DNA from: Azolla caroliniana
Taxonomy: Eukaryota; Plantae; Polypodiophyta
DNA length: 64,000 bases
Reading direction: 5' to 3'
NCBI GenBank assembly: GCA_043228905.1
Contig: JBHGNT010000014.1
Coordinates: 14,260,001 to 14,324,000, forward strand
A program made the position numbers and the translations under genes. Positions 46,801 through 58,496 of the stretch are shown piece by piece. The notes beneath the pieces were generated by a model that was not told the origin of the DNA, made no database searches, and saw only the letters and a list, made by a program, of their open reading frames with translations. The number at the start of each line of letters is the position of its first letter. Within the stretch, counting starts at the first letter, position 1.

Positions 46801-49800
46801 TCATGACACTATCCCTCCTCTTAAGCGACGAGTAGAAGGAGTTGTTAACAATGCAGGGCCAGGTTTGTTGGGATAGCAGCGATGGAAGTCGTCCATAAGA
46901 GCTTGAGCATTACGAACATTATCGACGGGTTCCCATGTGCGATCGCTCGGGGTATATCCTAGCCAATCAACTAGATAATACAACTTATTGTGCACAATCT
47001 TAGAATCGAGAATGGCGGCTACCTCGTACTCTAGGCCATCAGCAAGTTGGAGAGGAGGCGGTGGCGACACAACACAATTCGGAATCAAGTTGGTGTGGCA
47101 AGGTTCCAAAAGAGAGCTGTGAAAAACTGGATGAAGTCGCAAATTTGTAGGAAGATCAAGACGGAATGTTGCATCATTAATCCGCTTTGTGATGACAAAA
47201 GGACCCAAGCGTTTATAATCTAGCTTATCACACGGTCGAGTAGTATTTATGTGAGGACATAACAACCATACTCGATCACCAACCTTGAATGGAGACGGAA
47301 GAGGATGTCGATCTACGTGGGCCTTATGTTGGGCTTGAGCTTTCTAAAGATGTGAAGACAACTCGGACTGGAGGTGTTGGAGTCGGTGGAGGTGCTGCTC
47401 TGCACTAGGGTTTGGTGAGATCACTGGAATGTCCAAGAGACACCATCGAGGATGGTTGCCAGTATAGGCATAGAAAGGTGTGACCTTGGTAGAAGAGTGT
47501 ATGGTGTTATTGTATGCAAACTTTGCAAGATGCAATATATGACTCGAATCATCTTGTTGATAACTAATGAAACATCGAAGATACTGCTTAAGTGTTTGAT
47601 TTGTGCGCTCTATTTGGCCATCAGTTTCAGGAGGATATGCTAAAGAGAGTTTGCAAGAGATTCGGAGCCCGTCACATAGGTGCTTCCAAAAGTGAGAGAT
47701 AAATTGCAGACCACGATCACTAATTATGTCATTTGGAAGACCATGATGACGAAATACTTCACGCATAATGATAGTTATTGTTTCTTGACTACTGATGCTT
47801 TTTACGCAGGGCAAGAAATGTGCCATCTTCGTAAATCGATCCACTACAATTAAAATAGCATCAAAACCATGCGAAGGTGGCAGATCTGTAATGAAATCCA
47901 TAGAAATTGACTACCATGGCTTGCTCGGAGTTGGCAATGGTTGTAACAACCCATAAGGATGATGCCTAGGCATTTTAGCTCGACAACATGTGTCACATGT
48001 GCGAACGTAATCTTCAACAAATTGTTGTAAATGAGGCCATCAAAATGATCGCTTCACTAGCTCCATGGTCTTAGCAATACCGTCATTTGGAAGACCATGA
48101 TGACGAAATACTTCATGCATAATGATAGTTATTGTTTCTTGACTACTGATGCTTTTTACGCAGGGCAAGAAATGTGCCATCTTCGTAAATCGATCCACTA
48201 CAATTAAAATAGCATCAAAACCATGCGAAGGTGGCAGATCTGTAATGAAATCCATAGAAATTGACTACCATGGCTTGCTCGGAGTTGGCAATGGTTGTAA
48301 CAACCCATAAGGATGATGCCTAGGCATTTTAGCTCGACAACATGTGTCACATGTGCGAACGTAATCTTCAACAAATTGTTGTAAATGAGGTCACCAAAAT
48401 GATCGCTTCACTAGCTCCATGGTCTTAGCAATACCGTCATTTGGAAGACCATGATGACGAAATACTTCACGCATAATGATAGTTATTGTTTCTTGACTAC
48501 TGATGCTTTTTACGCAGGGCAAGAAATGTGCCATCTTCGTAAATCGATCCACTACAATTAAAATAGCATCAAAACCATGCGAAGGTGGCAGATCTGTAAT
48601 GAAATCCATAGAAATTGACTACCATGGCTTGCTCGGAGTTGGCAATGGTTGTAACAACCCAAAAGGATGATGCCTAGGCATTTTAGCTCGACAACATGTG
48701 TCACATGTGCGAACGTAATCTTCAACAAATTGTTGTAAATGAGGCCACCAAAATGATCGCTTCACTAGCTCCATGGTCTTAGCAATACCGTCATTTGGAA
48801 GACCATGATGACGAAATACTTCACGCATAATGATAGTTATTGTTTCTTGACTACTGATGCTTTTTACGCAGGGCAAGAAATGTGCCATCTTCGTAAATCG
48901 ATCCACTACAATTAAAATAGCATCAAAACCATGCGAAGGTGGCAGATCTGTAATGAAATCCATAGAAATTGACTACCATGGCTTGCTCGGAGTTGGCAAT
49001 GGTTGTAACAACCCATAAGGATGATGCCTAGGCATTTTAGCTCGACAACATGTGTCACATGTGCGAATGTAATCTTCAACAAATTGTTGTAAATGAGGTC
49101 ACCAAAATGATCGCTTCACTAGCTCCATGGTCTTAGCAATACCGTCATTTGGAAGACCATGATGACGAAATACTTCACGCATAATGATAGTTATTGTTTC
49201 TTGACTACTGATGCTTTTTACGCAGGGCAAGAAATGTGCCATCTTCGTAAATCGATCCACTACAATTAAAATAGCATCAAAACCATGCGAAGGTGGCAGA
49301 TCTGTAATGAAATCCATAGAAATTGACTACCATGGCTTGCTCGGAGTTGGCAATGGTTGTAACAACCCAAAAGGATGATGCCTAGGCATTTTAGCTCGAC
49401 AACATGTGTCACATGTGCGAACGTAATCTTCAACAAATTGTTGTAAATGAGGCCACCAAAATGACCGCTTCACTAGCTCCATGGTCTTAGCAATACCAAA
49501 GTGTTCAGCCATATGGGGATCATGATAGTGCTCCAACACTCGAAGGCGTGGTGATCCATCAGGGACATAAAGGAGATTCTTGTAGAAAAGTAAGTTATCT
49601 TGCCACTTGAACTCCTTATAACGTCGAGATGTCCCTGGCAATGTGGAACAAAATGCATGATTTGGACCAAGGTGGGCGAAGACATCCTTAGCAAAATCAT
49701 CAGAGTGAAGTTGTTGTCGAATAGTATAAAGAAGACTTGAATCCAATGGCGTGGCATAAACCGTGGTTGCTTGTAGTTTTGCTAGACCAAGGAGAACTTC

Positions 49801-51068
49801 CCTTTGATTGTCGAAAGCTGGATCCCCAGGACGAAGTGCCAACTATGAGCATCGAGATAGAGCATCTGCTTGCCCTTGTTGTTTCCCTAGGCAGAAAATG
49901 ATCTTGAAATCAAAATGAGTTAAAAATTGCGCCCATCGAGCTTGTCGCCTATTTAGCACTCGAGCCGTCTGAAAATATGTAAGATTTTTGTGGTCACTGT
50001 AAATGATGATTTGATGAGGCGAACCTTCCAAGAAATGTCGCGATTGCACAAAAGAGTCGACCACAACTAGTAACTCTTTGTCATGCACCTCATAGTTGAT
50101 CTCCGCAACATTAAATTTTCTTGAGTGAAACATGACTGGATGCAACTGCCCATCTTCACCTGGCTGTGATAGGATGCTCCCCAATGCAAAGTCGGATGCG
50201 TCTGCCTCAACGATAAATGGCTTTTTGGGATCAACATGAGCTAAGACAGGAGTTGATGTGAATGCCTCTTTCAGCTGAGTAAAGGATTTGTCTACTTTAG
50301 GAGTCCAAACAAATGCTGGATTTCTCTTGGTGAGTTGAGTGAACGACAATACAATCTTCGAATAATTCCATATGAATTTGCGGTAGAAGTTGGCAAATCC
50401 AAGGAAACACTGGACATCGTGGACGGAACTTGGAGTATGCCATTCCAATATTGTTTGAACTTTCGCTAGATCCATGAAGGTACATTCGGATGAAATGGTA
50501 TAGCCCAAGAACTCAACGTCTTTGCAATCACAACTGCACTTCTCCAGTTTGGCATAAAGACCATACTCTCTTAAGTGTTGGTGTACCTTCCACACATGTA
50601 TATCATGCTCCGCCTGTGTTCTAGAGTAAAACAATAGATCATCTAAATAGATGATGAGAAAGATATCTAGAAAATCTCGGAAAATGTCAAACCATGGCAA
50701 ACCATCCTAAATCACCTAAGAGTATGTAGCTCGAACCATGGCAAACCAAGGACTATTGGATGCTCAGGGCTACAGATTATATTAAAGGAAACTACACATC
50801 CTAAATCATCTAAGAGTATGTGTATCGACTCAGACTCCTCAAATATCTTTCCAGAAGCTATGGGACGACCATCAATCACTACTACGGAAACTGGGCAAGG
50901 GAGTTTATGCAAGGGTATTTGATATTTTCGGGCAAAATCTCTATCCATGAAACAAGAATTGGCTTCGGTATCTAAGAGAGTTGGGACATGAAGTTGAAAA
51001 TTTGGTGTCCTAACTTGTACTTGGGTTGAGAAAAATCTACTAACATGCTTGGACGAGATGGAACCCAC
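46801..51068 (-). pseudogene. pol: chromovirus G pol (PR, partial RT, RH, INT, chromodomain)
   Basis: LLDTEANSCF, IIYLDDLL, YSDHKNL, SMDFITDLP, ETDGQIERTN, GPF, chromodomain; stops, RT N-terminal deletion and internal tandem repeat. Confidence 0.9.
47728..49497. repeat. five tandem copies of a 354-bp integrase segment
   Basis: MDFITDLP starts at 47901, 48255, 48609, 48963 and 49317 (354-bp spacing); 1770 bp = 5 x 354. Confidence 0.95.
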
Positions 51069-51124
51069 ACGAGGCTATATAGATCTAGGATTGTCCAACC
51101 AAACGGCTCCGATTTTGGCCGGAC

Positions 51125-52237
51125 TTATTTGTTTGACTCCTCCTCTAATTGGCTTAGGACCTCAAACTTATTGCATAGAGTTGGATTACTAGAAACACTA
51201 GTTGGCACAGTTTCAACAATGTTAGACTCATTTCTATTATCATAGTTAATGTGATGTAACTGACATCTCGGTCTATGCGGGTAGTGAATGGGAATATGTC
51301 CTGGACCTCCACAATATAAGCATAGTCGATTTGCTCGACGGCGTTGTTTCTCTTCATTCGATAGAGGTCCTCGTCGCCGAGTTATATCAATCTCCATTGA
51401 TGTCGGGCTATCCATTGGTGTTGGGCTACGTGCTTGCCGTGGAGTTGGGACGGGGCTATATTGTTGCCTTGGAGATTGTGTCGTCACTGATGCATAAGTT
51501 GGTGTAAATCTTGATCTTGTTTGTTGTTGTTGTCGCTCAGACTGACGCTCAAAAAGCCGATTATCACACCGTACAACTCGGCTAATAGCTTCTGTAAGGG
51601 ATTTTGGATCCTCAGGGAAGGTAAGAAGTAAATCTTTTACATCTCCACGGAGGCCCGAACGAAACTGTTCCATTAGGGCTTGTTCGTCCCAATGAATATC
51701 ACTTGCAATGAGACGAAAATTGGTTGCATAAGTTGATGCTGGTTGATCCCCTTGCCGTAGTGTGCGAATCTTGTTGATTGTCGTTCGTACACTATCTATT
51801 TCTCCGAAGCAAGCCTTAAACTCTTTAATAAATTCTTCAAAGTTGTTGCATAGGGGAGAATTTGCTTCTAGCAATGAAGCAAACCATGACAATGCCATGC
51901 CAGTCAATAAAGTGCCCACTAACCTGACTCGAGATGAATCCGTTGTATAACGCGTGGGATGCATCTGAATTACCAACCACACTTGATTTATAAAACCCTG
52001 AAAATGTGCTCTCGAACCATTGAATTTAGCTAGGAGGCTGATTTTGGGCTCCCTAAGAACTCCTTGACCGTCGACTTTTAGTTGTTGTAAAGCTACTATT
52101 GTTGACTCTAGTTGTTGAACCCTTCGCGTAAACTCGTCATGTATTTGTTGCTTCTCTATAGAAACCTTATGTAAATCTTCAAGCAATCGTTGATTCTCTA
52201 GATCTAGTGATGCAAACTTGCTTTTGAGATTCTCCAT
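51125..52237 (-). CDS. gag: chromovirus G gag
   Basis: EPKI...KFNG, LRQG, FRSGL, MEID, RRRANRLCLYCGGPGH (Ty3 gag). Confidence 0.88.
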   Translation of the reverse strand: MENLKSKFASLDLENQRLLEDLHKVSIEKQQIHDEFTRRVQQLESTIVALQQLKVDGQGVLREPKISLLAKFNGSRAHFQGFINQVWLVIQMHPTRYTTDSSRVRLVGTLLTGMALSWFASLLEANSPLCNNFEEFIKEFKACFGEIDSVRTTINKIRTLRQGDQPASTYATNFRLIASDIHWDEQALMEQFRSGLRGDVKDLLLTFPEDPKSLTEAISRVVRCDNRLFERQSERQQQQTRSRFTPTYASVTTQSPRQQYSPVPTPRQARSPTPMDSPTSMEIDITRRRGPLSNEEKQRRRANRLCLYCGGPGHIPIHYPHRPRCQLHHINYDNRNESNIVETVPTSVSSNPTLCNKFEVLSQLEEESNK

Positions 52238-52673
52238 TTCTGCAACAAGGGCGAGGTATTCTTGTGGGTTGCTAGTAGCGATGGGTACTTACTAGTGTTT
52301 GTGGAAGAGGGTAAAGGAGAAAAATTCAAATCAAACTGTTAGAACAGAGTAAGAGATTGATCGATTGAAGGAAGGTATAAGAGAATAGAAGAAGAGAGGA
52401 GAATGGATTGATAAGAGAAGAGTGGGTTTATTAGAATAGAATGATTACAAGGATGAGTTGGATACAAGGTGGGCTTGGAGCTAAAGACTAGTGTTGATTC
52501 GAATTGATTTGAGGATACGTGTATGCCCTTATTTATAGGTTCCTATAGAATAACTTAGAGATATCTATAATGTTCTAGAATGTTCTAGAATGTTCTAGGA
52601 CATTCTAGAATGATCTAGAGTTTTTACAATAATCAATGTAACATAGAAAGTAGCTTTTATCTTCTCATATGAC

Positions 52674-52745
52674 AATAAGCTAGCTTAATGGTTGAGGTTT
52701 TCAATTATGGATTACAAATTTGAGGTTCAATTCCGGGTGACGCCA
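52674..52745 (+). promoter_or_regulatory. tRNA-like Pol III A/B-box module in G 5' LTR
   Basis: TAGCTTAATGGTTGAG...GAGGTTCAATTCC. Confidence 0.58.
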
Positions 52746-52823
52746 TAATGGTCATGTGTTCATGACATAGTCTTGGGTTCAAGTCCAAGTGGAGCATAAT
52801 GTTCACGGATTCATTACACTAGG

Positions 52824-53298
52824 CACCGATGGCTTATCATGAGTATTTTTCGAATTTTTTTGGGACGTGATCAAGTTTGACTTGGTTGATGTTCTACGAG
52901 AGGCATGGGATGTTGGGTGCTTACTTGAGTAATTTCAAGAGAGGATGATATTTCTAATTCCTAAGGTACAAGGTGTAATAACTGATGCAAGGCAATGGAG
53001 ACCAATCACGTAGCTCAACCCAATATATAAGATATTTACCAATATATTGACCAAAAGGGTAAAACCCTACCTGCATGAACTAATCCATGTTGAAAAAACA
53101 CTGTTCATGGAAAACAGATGCATAATTGATAATGTGTTGATATTTTGGGAGGCGATTGCCTTGGCAAAGAAAACCAATCAACACATTACCAACCTCATGC
53201 TGGACTTCGAGAAGGCGTATGACAGAGTTCAGTGGCCTTATTTAGAAAAAGTCATGGAAGGGTTGAGATTACCCTCAAAATGGAGATTGCTACGTTGG
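52824..53298 (+). pseudogene. LINE RT N-terminal part (continuation of 43633-46335), truncated
   Basis: GTDGL, LIPK, WRPIT.LN..YKI, IIDNV, LDFEKAYDRV.W. Confidence 0.88.
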
Positions 53299-53323
53299 CC
53301 CTAAACCCTAAACCCTAAACCCT
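53299..53323. repeat. interstitial telomeric repeat (CCCTAAA)3.5
   Basis: ccctaaaccctaaaccctaaaccct. Confidence 0.85.
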
Positions 53324-53339
53324 CAAAGTGGTTGTGATA

Positions 53340-53808
53340 ACAACTTGATGTAATGATCTCTCTCTCCTTGAGCTATAAAAGGAGGGAGAGAAAACAGAGC
53401 AGGTATTGGAGGATTGGAGAACAAAGTGTTGTCGGTTTGAGACCCGAGCCCTATCATCTCTCTCTCTCTCTCTCTCTCATTCTCGCTATCTCTCTCTCTC
53501 CTCTTCTCACTTCCTCTCTCGGGAATCTTACGCAGTCCCGTCCTCTTAGTACTAATAGTATTGCTGTTCTTAGTACTAATTCCATCTCTGTTTTAGTACT
53601 ATTCCTGACAGAGGCTTGTCTAGACCGGATAGGATACCTGTCCGAACCGCGGTCCGACAAAGTTACCCGGAATCCGATCCGGATAATCCCCTTTTCCTTA
53701 CCGACTCCGGAACAGTGCTCCGACGAGAGATATCCACCAACCCGGCTAACACTTCTTCCCTTACCAGATCCTTGGTCCGAGACCCCGGTGGTCCCGCTCC
53801 GTTCTGAC
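53340..53808 (+). mobile_element. 3' portion of an LTR related to E1 (5' end missing)
   Basis: CTATAAAAGG, CT-rich tract, 28/29 match to the E1 U5 motif at 53771-53799, ends TGACA. Confidence 0.65.
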
Positions 53809-53829
53809 ACATCCTCCTAGATATCCACG

Positions 53830-54514
53830 ACAACGTGGAAACCCTAAAATAGGGGAAAACCATGGGGCGACAGATTTCTACTATAAAGAAAAGAGTACAA
53901 AGAAAATAGTTTTACAAATCTCAAAGAATTAGAGAATCCCTTCTTAGGGTTTTGGCAAGTTTCACTAACTATTCCTACACTCACTTTCTCTCTATCTCCT
54001 TCCTTCTTTTTATAGCATTACTGTACTACACTAACCTTCTCCACTTACTGCTCGACCTATTCTTAGTTACATACCTAGTTTTGCCCTAGTTGCACTTATA
54101 TATATAGATGTGTAATAAGCTATTATTATATTATAATAACAATAGTTAATCGACCGACTGGTCGACTTGACTATCTGACCCACAAGTCGATAGTCTAGTC
54201 GATTCAACTAGCTGACTCCTTATGTCGACCATCCAGTCGTCTGACCTACCGACATTGTCTTCGACCATCTAGTCGGCTTGACTAGTCATCATTGTCTTCG
54301 ACTATCCGGTTGGCTCGACTAGTCCACTTATTGTCCTTGACTTGGATCAACCACCCAATACAGTCGACCCACAAGTTGATTTACTGGCCGATCCGGCCGA
54401 TCGACCAGAAGTCGGTTGTCGACTTCTCCATCTGATCGACCCACAAGTCGATTTATTGGTCGATCCGGCCGATCGGTTAGAAGTTTTGTGTGTTATTTGA
54501 CTGTACATGTAACA
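53830..54514 (-). mobile_element. Copia-type LTR remnant with GTCGAC/CCGAC-rich repeats
   Basis: aacgtggaaaccctaaaataggggaaaacca resembles the Copia C LTR motif aacgtggaaaaccccaaactaggggaaaaaacca; TATA tract at ~54100; ends TGTAACA. Confidence 0.55.
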
Positions 54515-54599
54515 AATTTGTTAGATCATTAGCTGTATTTGTGGCTTGTGGTTGTACCTTTGTTTTATGTATGGTAGTAATGGTGGATTCATCAAGAAT

Positions 54600-55240
54600 T
54601 AAGCTCACTTTGAAGGTAAATTAATGTTATGTCTCATCATAAAGTCTATAAGCTTTATCTCCATGAACATCATCATATCTAACGAAAATAGTTTTGTGTG
54701 CTTGACCATTTCATTTGTAACTTCTTTTCTTCTTAAGCACATATATGTAGGTAGTACAACCAAGCATTTTAAGATATTTTAATTGTGGCATGTTTCCATA
54801 CCATAGTTGGTATGATGTCATTATCCAATTGACTGATGATGTAGCAATGACTTCTTCCCATAATTTTGAAGGTAGATTGGCAATTTGGAGCATGCTTTGA
54901 GCGACATTGAGGAGACTTCTACTCCATTTTGTTTTGGTGTGAGGTGTTGAAATGCGATGGTAGATTCCTTGATTTGAATTATTCCATTAAATGCACATCA
55001 ACAATATTCAAGCCCACCATTAGTTTGTAATTGTCGGTTGGATCTCTGTAGGACATTTTTGCTAATGAGATGTAATTCCTGAATGCTTGATCTTTGGTTT
55101 TTTGAGATGTAATTACTGTAGAACAACTACAATAATGGATGAAACTGATAAATTTTGGAGATTTGGTTATTGATTTTGTAGGGAAGGTTCCAAACATGTC
55201 CCTATGTATAGGAATTGGCAATGGTTCAGCGAAAGCCTGA
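54600..55240 (-). pseudogene. highly decayed Copia integrase fragment
   Basis: SMLQIANLPSKLWEE, LKMLGCTTY, TPHTK.NGVE, IFVRYD motifs. Confidence 0.65.
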
Positions 55241-55258
55241 ACTGAGCCATCAAACCAT

Positions 55259-56539
55259 TGTTAAACAGTTTGATTATTCAGTTCGACTCTATTACATGCA
55301 TAACCATAATTGATCATGAGATAGGTTTTTCGTCGTTTTCCCCGTTCTCATGATGAGTAAGTGTGGGTTAATTATGAAAGGAAATAGGGTATGAATTGTA
55401 ATATTCAATTCCATGGTGTGGGATAACTATTCAGTGTGTTTTCACTTGACTACTTCAAATAAAGCAGTAAAGTGTGGACACACTAGGGCCTAGGTTTTCA
55501 GCCTATATAGGGAGCTAACTTCCTTCTTTCTGGGGAGGAGGCTTGAGTTATATTGAGACTAGCAATGGGCCCATTTTTGGCTCAAACCGAACCGAACCGA
55601 AAAACCGTGGAATAACAGTTTATAGGTTCGAAGTTAAATAAACGGTTTGGTTGGTTTCAAATGTTACTAATCGGTTTCGGTTCACTTTTGAATTTAGCAG
55701 TTTAGTGGTTTATCAGTTTCTATTTATGTGGTTCGGTTAAAGGTTTATAGGTAAAAAAATACTCATAAATTTTCCCTATAGGCTCTAACTTTCAACTTTT
55801 AATTTTAAACTCTAATTTTAACTTATTAAATTTTATATGCATTATATTTAGAGTCTCCTTTTCATTAATGATGATCAAATTTATGATTAGTATGATGACA
55901 AAATTTATGATTAGTATGATGACAAAATTTATTTATGATCAGTATGATGACAAAATTTATGATCAGTATGATGACAAAATTTATGATGACAAAATTTATG
56001 ATCAGTATGATGACAAAATTTATGATCAGTATGATGACAAAATTTATGATAAATATGATGATTTTCTCACACAAATTTATAATAAGTATGATGATTAATA
56101 CCAATAAAAAATGGTTTGGTTTGGTTTGGTTTAAAATTTTTCGTAAACGGTTTGGTTTCTCCTATTCTTTAAACAATTTGGTTTAAATAGCTTCATAAAA
56201 TTTAAATAGTTTGGTTTGGTTTTTATTATTAATCAATGATTTAGTTTGATTTCAAGGCCAAGAAACCAAACTGAACCGAAACCGAACCGGGCCCATTGCT
56301 AGTTGAGACTATGACAATGTGCCTATGGCTCTTGTTAGGTAAACACATGTGATCCTCGTAGGACCCAAGGTATAACTCACACAATTGATGGTATGGGAAA
56401 TCGAGGAGGTTCAGGTCGGCCTCACACCATTGCTAGGGTGTGTTCGAGTGGTTTGGCAATCCTCTTTCCTTTCTTTGGTCCATAATTCCTTATGTTTTAC
56501 TTAGTCAATTAAATAGACTCTAACAATTCGTATTAGAGC
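55259..56539 (+). mobile_element. old LTR (55259-56525) with degenerate iMet PBS, split by hAT MITE
   Basis: TGTTA...TAACA, CCTATATAG at ~55503, followed by ATTCGTATTAGAGC (decayed TGGTATCAGAGC). Confidence 0.55.
55560..56301. mobile_element. non-autonomous hAT element (MITE) with internal ~24-bp minisatellite
   Basis: 13-bp TIR TAGCAATGGGCCC; 8-bp TSD ATTGAGAC/GTTGAGAC; subterminal AACCG/CGGTT repeats; TATGATCAGTATGATGACAAAATT array at ~55870-56095. Confidence 0.88.
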
Positions 56540-57247
56540 ATCCTAATTTTTTCATGCTTTCACTTGTCTTTTTGTGATCCCTGGAGCATCAAATGAGACA
56601 CCACCTTTTGATCCAAGAACAAATGGAACATGAACTTCGGTATTTATATAAAAGAAATCTCTTACCTTATTTCTCATCATATATTCTTTTTGATTATGCT
56701 TTATAAATTATAACTATGTCGTAGAATTATATGTGTTCGAGTGCTCCAATTTGCTTTGGTTGTGGGATCATCTTTGTGTTCCATGTGTACGGTTGCATTT
56801 TTTAATCTTTATTATTATTATCTTTCCCCTTAGACAATCTTGCGAGTTTCTCGCACCTAGCTTTGACATAGCTAATAACATCTTTGCGTTCACAAGTGGA
56901 AGGATCGCGCATAAATGGAAGGATAAGGAATATTCTGTTTGATTTTAGTACTTTTTTTAGTGATATTACAAAACACATTGATACTAGTATCATACATTCT
57001 CAAATATACTATAAAAAAGGTTTAAAATCCACCATTTTTGTGATAATTAAAAAGAAAGAAAGAAAGAGGAATCTCAAAATGTTTAGGGTTTAATTTATTT
57101 CACAAACTTTACAACCAATGTTTTTTATAAGAAATGATATTCATAGGAATCAAATGAATTTAAAACACATGCTTTTATATTACTCGATTTGTTACAAGTG
57201 GAAGATAGTTACACTTAATAGCCAGAAATACATTCATGATCACTCCT

Positions 57248-57950
57248 TTACGGAGAATCACTACAATAACTAATATACAATGAGGATTCTTCCTCATCAT
57301 CCTTGGATGTACCAATCAATGCATTATCTTCATCATAAACCAAATGGTGTGACTCTAGATTATATGCAACAGATCTTGTTTGCCTTCGACTTGAGCCACC
57401 TTGTAGACCTAGTAATTTTTCTTTCATTATATCTATTGTTGACTTCCTTAAACGTCCAGTTTTTGTAAGCGTGAAGTCGTACACGATGATATCCACATCA
57501 GCGATATCAAGGGTCGAGGTGTTACGAATGTTTCACTTTCTCTTCCTACCTCCCCTTGTTGTTGGGCATTCAATCATCTCCAATGTATACTTACCCGTAA
57601 AAGCATTTTCACTTCTAATGTTGTACCAATGCACTTTGATAGACTTAATCGTGTTTTCTATTTCATGTCATCGACATATAGGATTAGATAGATTCGGAAC
57701 TCCTCGGTCAATTGTTGAATATACATACATGGGTCGGAGTTGGATCAACGGTATCCAAGCTGCTTGATGTAGGACTCAAACTTTTGGTACTTCTAGAATT
57801 TACCAAGAAAAATGAAATAAGTGGTTCTACGCTTTTGTATGCCAAACAATATTCATCTTCTACAAAATGGGAACCTGAAGATGGTTGCCAGTTCTTACTT
57901 TGTATGCCGAGTACAATAGTCCATGGAGGGGTGAAAGCATGCGAGTGGAA
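57248..57950 (-). pseudogene. decayed coding fragment, probably transposon-derived C-terminal region
   Basis: Coding-like SIKVHWY...GKYTLE and DIIVYDFTLTKTGRLRKSTI; family not securely recognised. Confidence 0.35.
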
Positions 57951-57952
57951 AC

Positions 57953-58460
57953 AATTAGCTATGTCCTTGACATAGCTAATTAGTTATGCAAAAAGCTACC
58001 ATTGATAATTAGCGACTCAACTAAAGTATGGTACTAGCTAATTAGCCAATATAAGTAAAGTATGGTAGTAGTTAATTAGTTACCACTTAACAAATTAGCT
58101 ATTGTACTAAACTATGGTAGTAGCTAATTAGCTACCACTTAGCTAATTAGCTACTCATCTAAAGTATGGTAGTAGCTAATTAGCTACCACTTAACTAGTT
58201 AGCTATTGTACTAAACTATGGTCGTAGCTAATTAGCTACTGTACTAAACTATGGTAGTAGCTAATTAGATACCACTTAGCTAATTAGCTACTTAGCTGAA
58301 GTACGGTAGTAGCTAATTAGCTACCACTTAGCTAATTAGCTATTGTACTAAACTATGGTAGTAGCTAATTAGCTACTATACTAAGCTATGGTAGTAGCTA
58401 ATTAGCTACTATACTAAGCTATGGTAGTAGCTAATTAGCTACCACTTAGCTATAGAGCTA
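57953..58460. repeat. palindromic minisatellite array 1 (TAGCTAATTAGCTA core)
   Basis: Many copies of aaactatggtagtagctaattagctaccacttagctaattagcta-type units. Confidence 0.9.
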
Positions 58461-58496
58461 ATAAATATGTCCATTTTATTACATAGGTCGATTTAT

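Larger units (their letters stand above)
46336..52818 (-). mobile_element. Ty3/Gypsy chromovirus G (Tcn1-like), degenerate
   Basis: LTRs 46336-46808 and 52337-52818; TSD CTAGG; PPT AAGAGGAGGGATAG; gag, PR, RT (YLDD), RH (EADASD), INT, chromodomain (YEVAAILDS..YLVDWLGY..TWEP); non-tRNA PBS. Confidence 0.93.

Noticed and set aside
55865-56186. Repetitive ORFs (YDDKIYDQ / MMTKF)
   Set aside because: Translations of the 24-bp minisatellite inside the hAT MITE.
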